Source: Chitinophagaceae bacterium (GTDB lineage: Bacteria > Bacteroidota > Bacteroidia > Chitinophagales > Chitinophagaceae). From it: a stretch of 64,000 nucleotides of DNA. Positions within the stretch are counted from its first letter, which is position 1. Each line of letters starts with the position of its first letter. The position numbers and the translations under genes were made by a program. The DNA lies in assembly GCA_049840855.1 (NCBI GenBank), contig JASGJF010000034.1, positions 3,520-67,519 on the forward strand, written 5' to 3'. Shown here in pieces: positions 29,987 to 39,690 of the stretch. The notes beneath the pieces were generated by a model that was not told the DNA's origin, ran no database searches, and saw only the letters and a program-made list of their open reading frames with translations.

Positions 29987-29996
29987 TGTTTTCTGT

Positions 29997-30659
29997 TTAA
30001 GGTTTTTCGAACGCGTACTGAACCAGGTTTGCGCCCATTTGCAACGCAGCCTGTCTTTGCGCGGGTTTGTCGTTATGCACGTCCGGATCTTCCCATCCGT
30101 CACCAAGATCCGTTTCCACGCTGTAAAACACTATCAGCCGGCCTTCATAGATCAGACCGTATCCTTTGGGTGCTTTATTGTCGTGCTCGTGGATTTTCGG
30201 CAACCCGTTCGTGAAATTGAATTTCTGGTGGTAAACAGGATGGGAAAAGGGCAGCTCCGTAAGCGTCAGTTCCGGGAAGATTTTTTTCAATGCCGGACGC
30301 ACATATTCGTCGAGTCCGTAGTTGTCATCGATATGCAGAAATCCGCCGGCCATCAGGTAGCCGCGCAGGTTTTTTGCCTCCGCATCATTCACCGTCCATC
30401 TTCCGTGCCCGGTCATGTGTACGAAAGGGTAGTTAAATATTTCCGGACTTGCTGCTTCCACCTGTGCTTCTTTTGTATCGAGATTGGTGCGTAACTGCGC
30501 ATTGCAGAATTGTGCGAGATTCCTTAGCGAACTCGGATTCGCGTACCAGTCGCCGCCTCCGCCGTATACGAGCAGGGCCAGTCGCAGTTGTTGTGCGTAC
30601 ACGCTGCCGGCGCAGGAAAGGAGCAGCGTAAACAGTATTATTTTGAATTTATTTTCCAT
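29997..30659 (-). CDS. DUF4159 domain protein
   Basis: YGGGGDWY, YPFVHMTGHG, GGFLHIDDNYG, PKIHEHD, DLGDGWED. Confidence 0.9.
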   Translation of the reverse strand: MENKFKIILFTLLLSCAGSVYAQQLRLALLVYGGGGDWYANPSSLRNLAQFCNAQLRTNLDTKEAQVEAASPEIFNYPFVHMTGHGRWTVNDAEAKNLRGYLMAGGFLHIDDNYGLDEYVRPALKKIFPELTLTELPFSHPVYHQKFNFTNGLPKIHEHDNKAPKGYGLIYEGRLIVFYSVETDLGDGWEDPDVHNDKPAQRQAALQMGANLVQYAFEKP

Positions 30660-31371
30660 TGAGCAGGTTGAAGTAAGCACAAACCGCCATAGCTGCGGTC
30701 TCGGTTCTTAATCGTTGTTCGCAGAGCGCAATACCCGCAAAGCCAGACGCTTCCATTCGGGCGATCTCTGCAGGACTGAAATCGCCTTCAGGTCCTATCA
30801 GTATCCATGCGTCTTTCCCGGCTGAAAGTACTTTGGATATTGGGTTACGCGTGCTTTGCGGATCACAGTGCGCGATGAGTTTCAGAGTGTTGATATCGGC
30901 GCGTTCGGCAATCTGTTTCAGTGTCGACGGGGCATACAGCTCCGGAAGATAATACTGTTGTGATTGCAGCATGGCCGAAATGAGGATATTGCGTGCGCGG
31001 TCTTCCCGGAATTTCTCGCGTTCGGTGCGTTCGCTTAAAAGGGGAGTTACGGAAGAAACGCCTAGTTCCGTTGCTTTTTCCAGCAGCCATTCATTTCGGG
31101 AGGCATTTTTCGTGAAGGCCACCGCAAGATGCAGTTTTGTCACCGGAGCGGCATGCTGCTCCGGGCTTTGCACGTGTACCTCGCAGTGTCTTTTGCCGGC
31201 TGAAGTAAGCGTCGCGAGCGCGGTCCGACCGTTTCCGTTGTTCAGCTGTATCAGGTCTCCTTCCTTTTTGCGAAGTACCTGGACTACGTGCTTTGCCGTG
31301 TCTTCGTGAAGACTAAGCAGTGCATTAGCGAGCAGTTCTCCGTCGTGGTAAAAAAATGGAATTTGCGACAT
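30649..31371 (-). CDS. rsmE: 16S rRNA m3U1498 methyltransferase
   Basis: HVVQVLR, EKATELGV, IGPEGDFS, RLRTETA. Confidence 0.96.
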   Translation of the reverse strand: MSQIPFFYHDGELLANALLSLHEDTAKHVVQVLRKKEGDLIQLNNGNGRTALATLTSAGKRHCEVHVQSPEQHAAPVTKLHLAVAFTKNASRNEWLLEKATELGVSSVTPLLSERTEREKFREDRARNILISAMLQSQQYYLPELYAPSTLKQIAERADINTLKLIAHCDPQSTRNPISKVLSAGKDAWILIGPEGDFSPAEIARMEASGFAGIALCEQRLRTETAAMAVCAYFNLLNGK

Positions 31372-31598
31372 CGCGGCAAGTTACTCCGAAATCCGTAAAC
31401 CTGTTCCTTACATATCTTTTGAAAGTGTATAAGCTTGTGCCAGCCTGGTTATGACAGCCTATAGGCAAGGTAAATGGACAAATAACAAATCGTTTATGAA
31501 GCGAACTATTTTCTTTAGTTCGTTTTGTTATCTTTGCGTCCGTCGGGTTCGAATCTGAGGCTGTCTGCGTCCAATCAACTTTTCAATTTATTGTCACT

Positions 31599-32915
31599 AT
31601 GGGTTACATTAAAGACCATTTCAAAGAAGTTGCAGATAAGCAATCTGCAGAAATCAAAAAATTAATAGCAGAACACGGTGAGATTTCTTTAGGGCAGGTT
31701 ACGATTGCTCAGGCTTACCAGGGGATGCGTGGTATTCCCGGTCTGATCACCGAAACTTCGCTGCTGGACGCCAATGAAGGTATCCGCTTCCGCGGGTATT
31801 CTATTCCTGAGCTGCGCGAAAAGCTGCCGAAGGCCAGCGATGGTAAAGAACCTTGTCCGGAAGGACTGTTCTACCTGATGCTCGTTGGTGAGATTCCTAC
31901 AGACGAGGATGCTGGTCATATCTCCGCAGTATGGGCTCGCCGCAGCCATGTGCCTAATCACGTTTTCCAGGTGATCGAAGCATTCCCGGTTTCCACGCAC
32001 CCGATGACGCAGTTCTGTGCCGCGGTGCTTGCATTGCAGACGGAAAGCAAATTTGCGAAAGCTTATGAGGCAGGTATTTCCAAAAAAGAATACTGGGATT
32101 ATGTATACGAAGACAGCATGACGCTGATTGCGCGTCTGCCCCGTATCGCAGCTTATATCTATCGCCGTAAATACAAAAACGGCGATCATATCCAGCCTGA
32201 CGGAATGCTCGACTGGAGCGCGAACTTTGCACATATGCTCGGTTACGACGATGACAGCTTCAAAGAGCTGATGCGTTTGTACCTTACCATTCATGCTGAT
32301 CATGAAGGTGGAAATGTTTCCGCTCATGCCACACACCTGGTTGGATCTGCGCTGAGCGATCCTTACCTGTGTTTCACTGCGGGAATGACGGGCCTTGCTG
32401 GTCCGCTGCACGGTCTTGCCAACCAGGAAGTGATCCGTTGGATCGAAGAGCTGCAGAAAGATCTCGGTACGCTCACTCCTTCAAAAGAACAGATCGCCGA
32501 TTACATCCGCAAAACCCTGAGCGAGGGTAAAGTGGTTCCGGGTTACGGTCATGCCGTACTGCGTAAAACAGACCCCCGCTTCACCGCTCAAATGGAATTT
32601 GCAAAAGTTCACTGCGCAGACAACCCTACTGTTCAGACCGTATGGAATGTTTATGAAGTGGCTCCTGAAATCCTCGAATCAACAGGTAAGATCAAAAACC
32701 CATGGCCTAACGTGGATGCGCATTCCGGTGCACTGCTGAAACATTACGGTCTTGTGGAAGAAGATTTCTATACAGTGCTGTTTGGTGTGAGCCGCGCACT
32801 GGGTGTGCTTGCAAGTCTTTGCTGGGATCGCGCGCTCGGATTCCCGATTGAGCGCCCGAAATCAATGACCACCGAGTGGATCAATAATTATATCGCGAAA
32901 CAAGCAGTGAAATAA
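31599..32915 (+). CDS. gltA: Citrate (Si)-synthase, eukaryote-like type
   Basis: GMRGI, HADHEGGNVSAH, GLAGPLHGLANQEV, VPGYGHAVLRKTDPR, PWPNVDAHSG; promoter TATCTTTG 31529-31536. Confidence 0.97.
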   Translation: MGYIKDHFKEVADKQSAEIKKLIAEHGEISLGQVTIAQAYQGMRGIPGLITETSLLDANEGIRFRGYSIPELREKLPKASDGKEPCPEGLFYLMLVGEIPTDEDAGHISAVWARRSHVPNHVFQVIEAFPVSTHPMTQFCAAVLALQTESKFAKAYEAGISKKEYWDYVYEDSMTLIARLPRIAAYIYRRKYKNGDHIQPDGMLDWSANFAHMLGYDDDSFKELMRLYLTIHADHEGGNVSAHATHLVGSALSDPYLCFTAGMTGLAGPLHGLANQEVIRWIEELQKDLGTLTPSKEQIADYIRKTLSEGKVVPGYGHAVLRKTDPRFTAQMEFAKVHCADNPTVQTVWNVYEVAPEILESTGKIKNPWPNVDAHSGALLKHYGLVEEDFYTVLFGVSRALGVLASLCWDRALGFPIERPKSMTTEWINNYIAKQAVK

Positions 32916-32932
32916 TCCTGCTTTGATATATG

Positions 32933-32967
32933 AAAAGCCCGTGGTTCAATACCCACGGGCTTTTTTT
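32933..32967 (+). terminator. Intrinsic terminator after citrate synthase
   Basis: aaaagcccgtgg-loop-ccacgggc followed by T7. Confidence 0.88.
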
Positions 32968-33019
32968 GTCTTTCTGAAATCATATTTAACAGCATTTCTG
33001 TTTTTCTGAATCATTCGAT

Positions 33020-34051
33020 ATGAAACCCATCCTGGAATGTATTCCCAATTTTAGCGAGGGCGCCGATGAAAGCGTATTGACAAAAATTGCAGAAGCGATC
33101 CGTTCGGTGCCGGGTGTTTTTTTACTGCATACAGATAAAAGCCCTGCTGCCAATCGTACGGTATTCACATTTGCGGGTGATCCTGACGCGGTTACCGAAG
33201 CGGCTTTCCGCGGCATATCTGTTGCCGCAGCGTGTATTGATATGCGCAATCAGAAGGGTGTGCACCCGCGTATCGGCGCAACCGACGTGTGTCCGTTGGT
33301 GCCGCTGCAGGGCATGTCTGAAGCGGATGCAAATGTGTATGCATTACAGCTCGCGGAAAGAGTAGGAAAAGAATTGTCAATCCCTGTGTTTCTATATGAA
33401 TACAGTCAGTCACGAACTTATCGCGCGGCTCTGCCGGTGATCCGTAAGGGGCAGTACGAAGGGCTTTCGGAGCGCATGACGGACGCTGCGTGGCATCCCG
33501 ATTTCGGGCCGGTCAAGGGCAATCCCGTTACCGGCGCAACTGTAATTGGTGTGCGTCGGATATTGGTCGCATTCAATATATCCTTAAACACAAAAGATGT
33601 ACTCGTTGCGGAGTCGATAGCCCGCACCCTGCGTCAATCCGGATATTGGCAGGAGGGTGATGGAGGGCAGCGGCGCAAAGTACAGGGATTATTGCCGATG
33701 GTGCGCGCGATTGGCTGGTATATGGAAGATTACGGGCAGGCACAGGTTTCGTTCAACCTGCTGGATTATCATACAAGCAGTCTGCTGACGGTATGGCTTG
33801 CGTGCAGGCAGGCGGCTGCGGCTATAGGCGTATCTTTGGCAGGGTCTGAGTTGATCGGACTGGTGCCCGAAGCGTGTATGCTGGAAGCCGGACGTTATGC
33901 GGCGGGAACTGAGGTCAGCGATCCGGACACATTGATTAACGCAGCCATCAATATGATGGGTCTGGCGCAGCTGAAGCCGTTTGTGCCTGAAGAAAAAATA
34001 TTGGAACGTGCATGGCACCGGTATTCCGGTACTGTTTTGAAATTAAACTGA
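33020..34051 (+). CDS. ftcD: Glutamate formiminotransferase
   Basis: ECIPNFSEG, NRTVFT, IDMRNQKGVHPRIGATDVCP, IRKGQYEG, AQVSFNL, GSELIGLVP. Confidence 0.94.
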   Translation: MKPILECIPNFSEGADESVLTKIAEAIRSVPGVFLLHTDKSPAANRTVFTFAGDPDAVTEAAFRGISVAAACIDMRNQKGVHPRIGATDVCPLVPLQGMSEADANVYALQLAERVGKELSIPVFLYEYSQSRTYRAALPVIRKGQYEGLSERMTDAAWHPDFGPVKGNPVTGATVIGVRRILVAFNISLNTKDVLVAESIARTLRQSGYWQEGDGGQRRKVQGLLPMVRAIGWYMEDYGQAQVSFNLLDYHTSSLLTVWLACRQAAAAIGVSLAGSELIGLVPEACMLEAGRYAAGTEVSDPDTLINAAINMMGLAQLKPFVPEEKILERAWHRYSGTVLKLN

Positions 34052-34053
34052 TC

Positions 34054-35124
34054 ATGTTTTTATTAAGATATCTGCTACTCCCGTTTACATTACTTTACGG
34101 ATCACTTGTGTGGCTTCGGAATCGTTTATACGACGCGGGTTTCCTGTCATCGGTATCTTTTGATATTCCGGTGATCGCAGTGGGCAACCTGTCGGTGGGA
34201 GGAACCGGCAAAACGCCCCATATCGAATATCTGGTGCGGTTATTGCAGTACGAATACCGGGTTGCCACAATGAGCCGGGGCTACAAACGCCGCACGCGTG
34301 GTTTTCTGCTGGCGGATGAACGGACGAATGCCCTGCACATCGGCGATGAACCGATGCAATATCACCTGAAGTTTCCTGAGCTTGCCGTAAGCGTTGCCGA
34401 AGATCGCATGACCGGCATTCCTTCTCTGCTGATGCACCGGCCCGAAATTGAAGTAGTGCTGCTGGATGACGCATTTCAGCACCGGTCTGTACGTGCCGGA
34501 CTGAATGTGCTGATTACGGATTACAACAAACCTTTTTATAAAGATCATATCCTTCCCTATGGCAGTCTGCGCGAAAGCAGGAATGCGTATAAACGTGCAG
34601 ACCTGATTGTAGTATCGAAATGTCCGCCATCGCTGACGATCGAAGAAGCTTCGGATATCCGCGCCAGGATAGCGCCCTCGCAGTCTCAGCAGGTTTGCTT
34701 CAGTCGCGTACGTTATGGCAATGCGTACCGGATGGGCAGTCCGGACGAAGCAGTATCATTTGCCGGGAAAAAAGTGCTGTTGCTGACAGGTATCGCCAAA
34801 CCGGAACCCTTGCTTGCACATGTGGAACAACAGGCTGAAGCGGTACACCTGTTATCCCATCCCGACCATCACTTTTTTACTGCACGCAATTTTGCAGAAA
34901 TAGAGGAAGTGGCAAAAAACTGGGGTGGCGATTGTGTGGTGCTGACTACGGAAAAAGATGCGACACGCCTGGCGCTTCGTCCGGAACTCCTGTCGGCGAT
35001 GAGTATGCCTGTATATGTAATGCCCATTGAAGTCGTATTTCTCTTCGACGACCGTGCTGTTTTTGATCAGTGTGTACGGGAATTTGTACAACATCAAAGT
35101 ATGCATTATCAGGGCCTCGACTAA
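34054..35124 (+). CDS. lpxK: Tetraacyldisaccharide 4'-kinase
   Basis: VGNLSVGGTGKTP, SRGY, GDEP, LDDAFQH, LRE, TTEKD. Confidence 0.97.
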   Translation: MFLLRYLLLPFTLLYGSLVWLRNRLYDAGFLSSVSFDIPVIAVGNLSVGGTGKTPHIEYLVRLLQYEYRVATMSRGYKRRTRGFLLADERTNALHIGDEPMQYHLKFPELAVSVAEDRMTGIPSLLMHRPEIEVVLLDDAFQHRSVRAGLNVLITDYNKPFYKDHILPYGSLRESRNAYKRADLIVVSKCPPSLTIEEASDIRARIAPSQSQQVCFSRVRYGNAYRMGSPDEAVSFAGKKVLLLTGIAKPEPLLAHVEQQAEAVHLLSHPDHHFFTARNFAEIEEVAKNWGGDCVVLTTEKDATRLALRPELLSAMSMPVYVMPIEVVFLFDDRAVFDQCVREFVQHQSMHYQGLD

Positions 35125-35128
35125 TCAG

Positions 35129-35989
35129 CTAAGGTGCCTGTAATCCGGCGCGTATCATACGCCAGTTGTCATGCATGTCGCGGCGGGGGGTGATGTGGGT
35201 ATATCCGAGCGAGTGCAGCAGGTCGCGCGTCTGAGGCATGAAATCACGATGAATTTCGAAATACAGGCAGCCTCCGTCTTTTAATCGCGTCATCGCTTTC
35301 TGTGCAATATTCCTGTAAAACATAAGTGGGTCGTCGTCTTCCACAAATAAGGCAAGGTGCGGTTCATGTCCGGTTACATTCGCATGCATCCCGGCCGCTT
35401 CCCTCTCCGGTATATAGGGTGGGTTGGATACAATAACGTCATACATCCCCATCAGCGATGCCGCTTCGGGGCTTAATATATCTACCTTTTTAAAGGTTAC
35501 GTCCGCATCCAGGTAAGCCGCATTTTCCATGGCTGTTTCCAGCGCGCCGGAGCTGATATCGCAGGCTTCCACGGTCGCTGCCGGAATCTCTTTTTTCAGG
35601 GAAATGGGGATACAGCCTGAACCCGTACCGATATCCAGTATTGCCGGAGCCTTACCCGCAAAGTCCTGAACGATCCAAAGCACTAGTTCCTCCGTCTCCG
35701 GACGCGGTATCAACACGGATGGGTTTACGACGAAACGGCGTTCCAGAAACCAGGCCTCTCCGAGAATGTATTGTATCGGTGTTGCCTGCCTGAGTTGTTG
35801 TACCGCAGTCTCCAGCCGGAACTCCTGCGATGCGTCCAGCACCCCGTCTTTCTGCATCAGTCGCTCCATCTTACTCATCCCGCTGATCTGCTCCAGCAGC
35901 ATATGCGCGACGGCAGCTGCCTCCGCCGGATCATACAACGGAGAAAGTTGCTCCTTGGTTTGGTAAAAAGCCTGAGACCAGTTCATCAT
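35129..35989 (-). CDS. prmC: Release factor glutamine methyltransferase
   Basis: PIQYILG, VLIPRPETEE, LDIGTGSGCI, VSNPPY. Confidence 0.97.
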   Translation of the reverse strand: MMNWSQAFYQTKEQLSPLYDPAEAAAVAHMLLEQISGMSKMERLMQKDGVLDASQEFRLETAVQQLRQATPIQYILGEAWFLERRFVVNPSVLIPRPETEELVLWIVQDFAGKAPAILDIGTGSGCIPISLKKEIPAATVEACDISSGALETAMENAAYLDADVTFKKVDILSPEAASLMGMYDVIVSNPPYIPEREAAGMHANVTGHEPHLALFVEDDDPLMFYRNIAQKAMTRLKDGGCLYFEIHRDFMPQTRDLLHSLGYTHITPRRDMHDNWRMIRAGLQAP

Positions 35990-36056
35990 TCTGCCTGCAA
36001 AGAAACATAATACCGTCGATTTGAAATGAATGCCGATTTGTTATTTTCGCGGAAGA

Positions 36057-37136
36057 ATGTCCGTTTCCGAAGATCAGTTATATATGATGCGCTGCCTGCA
36101 GCTGGCCCAGCTGGCAGAAGGTAATGCGGCACCGAATCCGCTCGTCGGTGCGGTGCTGGTACATCAGGGCCGGATCATCGGTGAAGGCTTCCATCAGGTA
36201 TATGGGGCGGCACACGCAGAGGTAAATTGTTTTGCCTCAGTATCGGAAGCAGACCGTGTGCTCATCCCTGAGTCCACTTTGTACGTCAGCCTGGAACCCT
36301 GCGCACATTTCGGCAAAACACCGCCTTGCGCAGACCGGGTGATCCGGGAACGCGTGCAGCGTGTGGTCGTGGCCAACCGCGACCCTTTTGCCGCGGTGGA
36401 CGGTAAGGGATTGGATAAGATACAGGCTGCGGGAATCCGGGTAGATACAGGCATTCTGGAACAGGATGCTGCATGGCTCAATCGCCGTTTCTTCTGTGTG
36501 CACACACGCAACAGACCCTATATCATTCTGAAATGGGCTCAGACACAGAATGGTTTTTTTGCCCCTGCCGATCGCTCCCGGCTGCAGATTTCCAATAGCT
36601 GGTCGAAGCGGCTGAATGACCGCTGGCGCGCCAAAGAGTCTGCCATCATGGTGGGAACCGTAACTGCAATCAACGATAACCCGCGTCTCAGCAGCTCATA
36701 CGGCCGTGCTCCGTTACGCATTGCGCTGGACAAAAGTCTTCGCATCCCGGCAACACATCAACTGTTGCAGGAGGGGGCGGAAACATGGATCATCAATGAA
36801 TTGGAAGGGTATCATTCCGGTTCGGTGCGGTATCACAAGTTGCCATTTGATGACCACTTACTCATACAGCTGCTCGGTGAATTGAAAGTTGCCGGAAAGA
36901 ATTCGCTGATTGTAGAAGGTGGAGTGCAATTGTTGCAGTCGTTTGTTGATCAGGGTCTTTGGGACGAGGCGCGCGTATTTATCGCCGGAGATGTAGATAG
37001 CCAGGGGATACAGGCTCCCCGGCTTTCAGAAGCGCTGCAGTGTGCAGACTGGCCGCTCGGAGAGAATCGGTTACACTATTATATTCACAACAACAATCCT
37101 TACGCTCCCGGTGCTCTGGGGCTGCAATTCTATTGA
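36057..37136 (+). CDS. ribD: Riboflavin biosynthesis deaminase/reductase
   Basis: PNPLVGAV, HAE, LEPCAHFGKTPPC, LKWAQ, DNPRL, VEGG. Confidence 0.96.
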   Translation: MSVSEDQLYMMRCLQLAQLAEGNAAPNPLVGAVLVHQGRIIGEGFHQVYGAAHAEVNCFASVSEADRVLIPESTLYVSLEPCAHFGKTPPCADRVIRERVQRVVVANRDPFAAVDGKGLDKIQAAGIRVDTGILEQDAAWLNRRFFCVHTRNRPYIILKWAQTQNGFFAPADRSRLQISNSWSKRLNDRWRAKESAIMVGTVTAINDNPRLSSSYGRAPLRIALDKSLRIPATHQLLQEGAETWIINELEGYHSGSVRYHKLPFDDHLLIQLLGELKVAGKNSLIVEGGVQLLQSFVDQGLWDEARVFIAGDVDSQGIQAPRLSEALQCADWPLGENRLHYYIHNNNPYAPGALGLQFY

Positions 37137-37139
37137 TTT

Positions 37140-38015
37140 ATGATTTACCTGCTGTTGATGGTGCTGCTGAATGCTTTGCTGGCAGCATTGTTTAAATTAT
37201 TTGTTCGCTTCAGGGTCGATAATTTTCAGGCTATTGTGGTGAATTACTGGGTATGTGTGCTTACCGGGTCTGCGTTCCTGGGCTCTTGTCCGGGTAGGTA
37301 CAGCGAGCCTCTCCAGGGACTGGCTGGGACTGTGTTTACTGATGGGCGCCGGTTTTATATCTATTTTCAACCTGTTTGCTTATTGTACCCGCAGGGACGG
37401 AATTACAGCAGCCACCGTTGCCAATAAATTATCACTGGTGATCCCGGTATTGTTCTCTATCGTCCTGTATGACGAGCATCCGGGCCCGGTGCAATGGCTG
37501 GGTATCGTGCTGGCATTCCCTGCCGTGTACCTGGCTTCGCTCCCGAAAGTTTCAGTCGAAAAGGTGAGTCCGCATACGCACAATCTCTTCTGGATCGTGC
37601 TGTTGTTTATCGGCAGCGGATTGCTGGATACTGCCATGAAATATGCAGAGCAGCGCTACCTTGCTACTCCGTCTGAACAGGCATCTTATACCATACACCT
37701 TTTTTCGTAGCCGGCAGCATCGGTACATTGCTGCTGCTGTTTTTCCTGATTACCGGACGCATGCGTTTTTCCTGGCGCAATGTGGCAGGAGGTATAGTGC
37801 TTGGTGTACCCAATTACTTTTCGATCTACTTTATGATCCGCATGCTGAACAGCAACTTCATACAAAGTTCGGCAATGATTTCGTTGAGCAATGTGGGTGT
37901 TCTTGTTGCCTCTTCGTTGATCGCGATGTTGTTTTTCGGAGAACGCCCGTCTGCCAGGAATAAGCTCGGACTGCTGTTGTCGCTGATCGTAATTGCCTTG
38001 CTCGCAATGTCGTGA
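37140..38015 (+). CDS. EamA/DMT family transporter, two frameshifts
   Basis: Hydrophobic TM segments spread over ORFs 37140, 37255 and 37728; QAIVVNY, KLSLVIP, LGVPNYFS. Confidence 0.85.
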
Positions 38016-38018
38016 AAA

Positions 38019-38052
38019 GAAAGAGCCTGTAACATCAGTTACAGGCTCTTTC
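38019..38052. terminator. Bidirectional terminator between EamA and ilvE
   Basis: Perfect 15-bp stem gaaagagcctgtaac/gttacaggctctttc. Confidence 0.85.
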
Positions 38053-38076
38053 CTTAAAGGATATTTAATAAGGATA

Positions 38077-39141
38077 TCAGCATACTTTCAATACCCAGTT
38101 GTGGTTATCTGCCTTGCGGCCATAACGGATATCGTCCAGTGTTGTTTTGATCCAGTTCATTGTTTCCCATTCTTCCACAGGACGCAGCTGCATTACATCC
38201 GTGTGGAAAGTCAGTTTGCCGATCGGCGCAACAGACGCAGCCGTTCCTGTTCCGAATGCTTCTTTCAGGGAGCCATTTTTATAGGCAGCTTCGATCTCGT
38301 CAATAGAGATAGGGCGTTCTTCAACAGTAATGCCTTTTTCTTTCAGCAGTGTGATTACACTGTCACGGGTAACACCTGCAAGGATAGTGCCTGCATTTAG
38401 ATCGGGAGTGACCACTTTGTCTCCGATAACGAAAAATACGTTCATGGTACCGATTTCCTGAACATATTTATGCTCAAAGCCATCTGTCCACAGGATCTGA
38501 TCGTATCCCATTTTCTGGATCTGCTGTGCCGGATACATACAGGCTCCATAGTTACCTGCAGCTTTGGTCATGCCGATACCACCCGGGAATGCACGTACGA
38601 ATTCGTCCTGAACATAAATAGAAACAGGTTTGGAATAGTAGGCAGCCGCAGGGCTGGTAATGATCATAAATGTGAATTTGGTTGCCGGGCGCACTCCTAC
38701 AAACTCATCTGTAGCGATCATGAACGGACGGATGTACAGAGAACATCCAGGTTCAGTAGGAACCCAGGCTGCATCCACTTCAATCAGTTTACGCATGCCT
38801 TCCACGAACAACTCTTCCGGAAGATCGGGCATACCCATACGCTCCGCAGACTTATTCATGCGTTTCCAGTTAGACTCGGGACGGAAGATCTGAACACCGC
38901 CTTCAGCATTGCGGTATGCTTTCACACCTTCAAAGATCGCCTGTCCGTAGTGCATGAAGGTAGTGGCAGGACTCAGGCTGATATTTTCAAATGGTACGAT
39001 TTCCGGGCTTCCCCACACTCCATCCTCGTAGTGAGCTACCAGCATGTGGTCGGCATATAGGCGGCCAAACTGGATGTTTTTCTGATCCAGATGAGCTATT
39101 CTGCTTTGTGGGATTTTGTTGACCTTGATTTCGTAAGCCAT
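38077..39141 (-). CDS. ilvE: Branched-chain amino acid aminotransferase
   Basis: HYGQAIFEGVKAY, LYIRPF, KAAGNY, EIGTMN, ILAGVTRDS, FGTGTAA. Confidence 0.97.
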   Translation of the reverse strand: MAYEIKVNKIPQSRIAHLDQKNIQFGRLYADHMLVAHYEDGVWGSPEIVPFENISLSPATTFMHYGQAIFEGVKAYRNAEGGVQIFRPESNWKRMNKSAERMGMPDLPEELFVEGMRKLIEVDAAWVPTEPGCSLYIRPFMIATDEFVGVRPATKFTFMIITSPAAAYYSKPVSIYVQDEFVRAFPGGIGMTKAAGNYGACMYPAQQIQKMGYDQILWTDGFEHKYVQEIGTMNVFFVIGDKVVTPDLNAGTILAGVTRDSVITLLKEKGITVEERPISIDEIEAAYKNGSLKEAFGTGTAASVAPIGKLTFHTDVMQLRPVEEWETMNWIKTTLDDIRYGRKADNHNWVLKVC

Positions 39142-39234
39142 TGTATTATCAATAAGATTTGTAAATAAATTTGCGCAAAGAAACGCTTTTTTTGCCACTT
39201 GCGTTTCCTGCGATTACTTATAAATATTTGTGTT

Positions 39235-39690
39235 ATGGAAGCTGTTGCGCCTGAAATCTTTAATACGCCGCTTGTCCGGGCAGACATTGATACGCTCTGG
39301 GATGAGCAAAATTATCCTCAACTGAATCAATGTGATACATTGGTGATCAGCAGGCCTTATGCGACCGGGTCTGATGCCGAGCTGCAATTGCAACGCATGC
39401 TGGGAGCCTGCAAGCTGGATGCCTCCGCTTACCAGGTTATGTTCGTAAATGAAACGGCAGCATTTGCCTGGCATAAGCTGAAATCGCTCAGCGGCGCCAC
39501 CAAAGTACTGCTGCTGGGTGTGCAGCCTGCCCAGCTGGGCATTACGGCGATGATGATGTTGCATGCGGTGAACCACTTTAACGGTGCGGTTTGGATGGCT
39601 ACTTCTTCGTTGGAGGAAATTGCAGACAATGCTCAATTGAAGCAGCATTTATGGGTAAATGTATTGAAGCCTGTTTACCTGCCTTCCTGA
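39235..39690 (+). CDS. Conserved-looking hypothetical protein
   Basis: 151-aa ORF, LQRMLGACKL...KQHLW; divergent from ilvE. Confidence 0.7.
   Translation: MEAVAPEIFNTPLVRADIDTLWDEQNYPQLNQCDTLVISRPYATGSDAELQLQRMLGACKLDASAYQVMFVNETAAFAWHKLKSLSGATKVLLLGVQPAQLGITAMMMLHAVNHFNGAVWMATSSLEEIADNAQLKQHLWVNVLKPVYLPS

Noticed and set aside
31543-31561. tRNA-like T-loop GGTTCGAATC in the citrate synthase leader
   Set aside because: The stem is imperfect and no acceptor, D or anticodon arms can be built around it.
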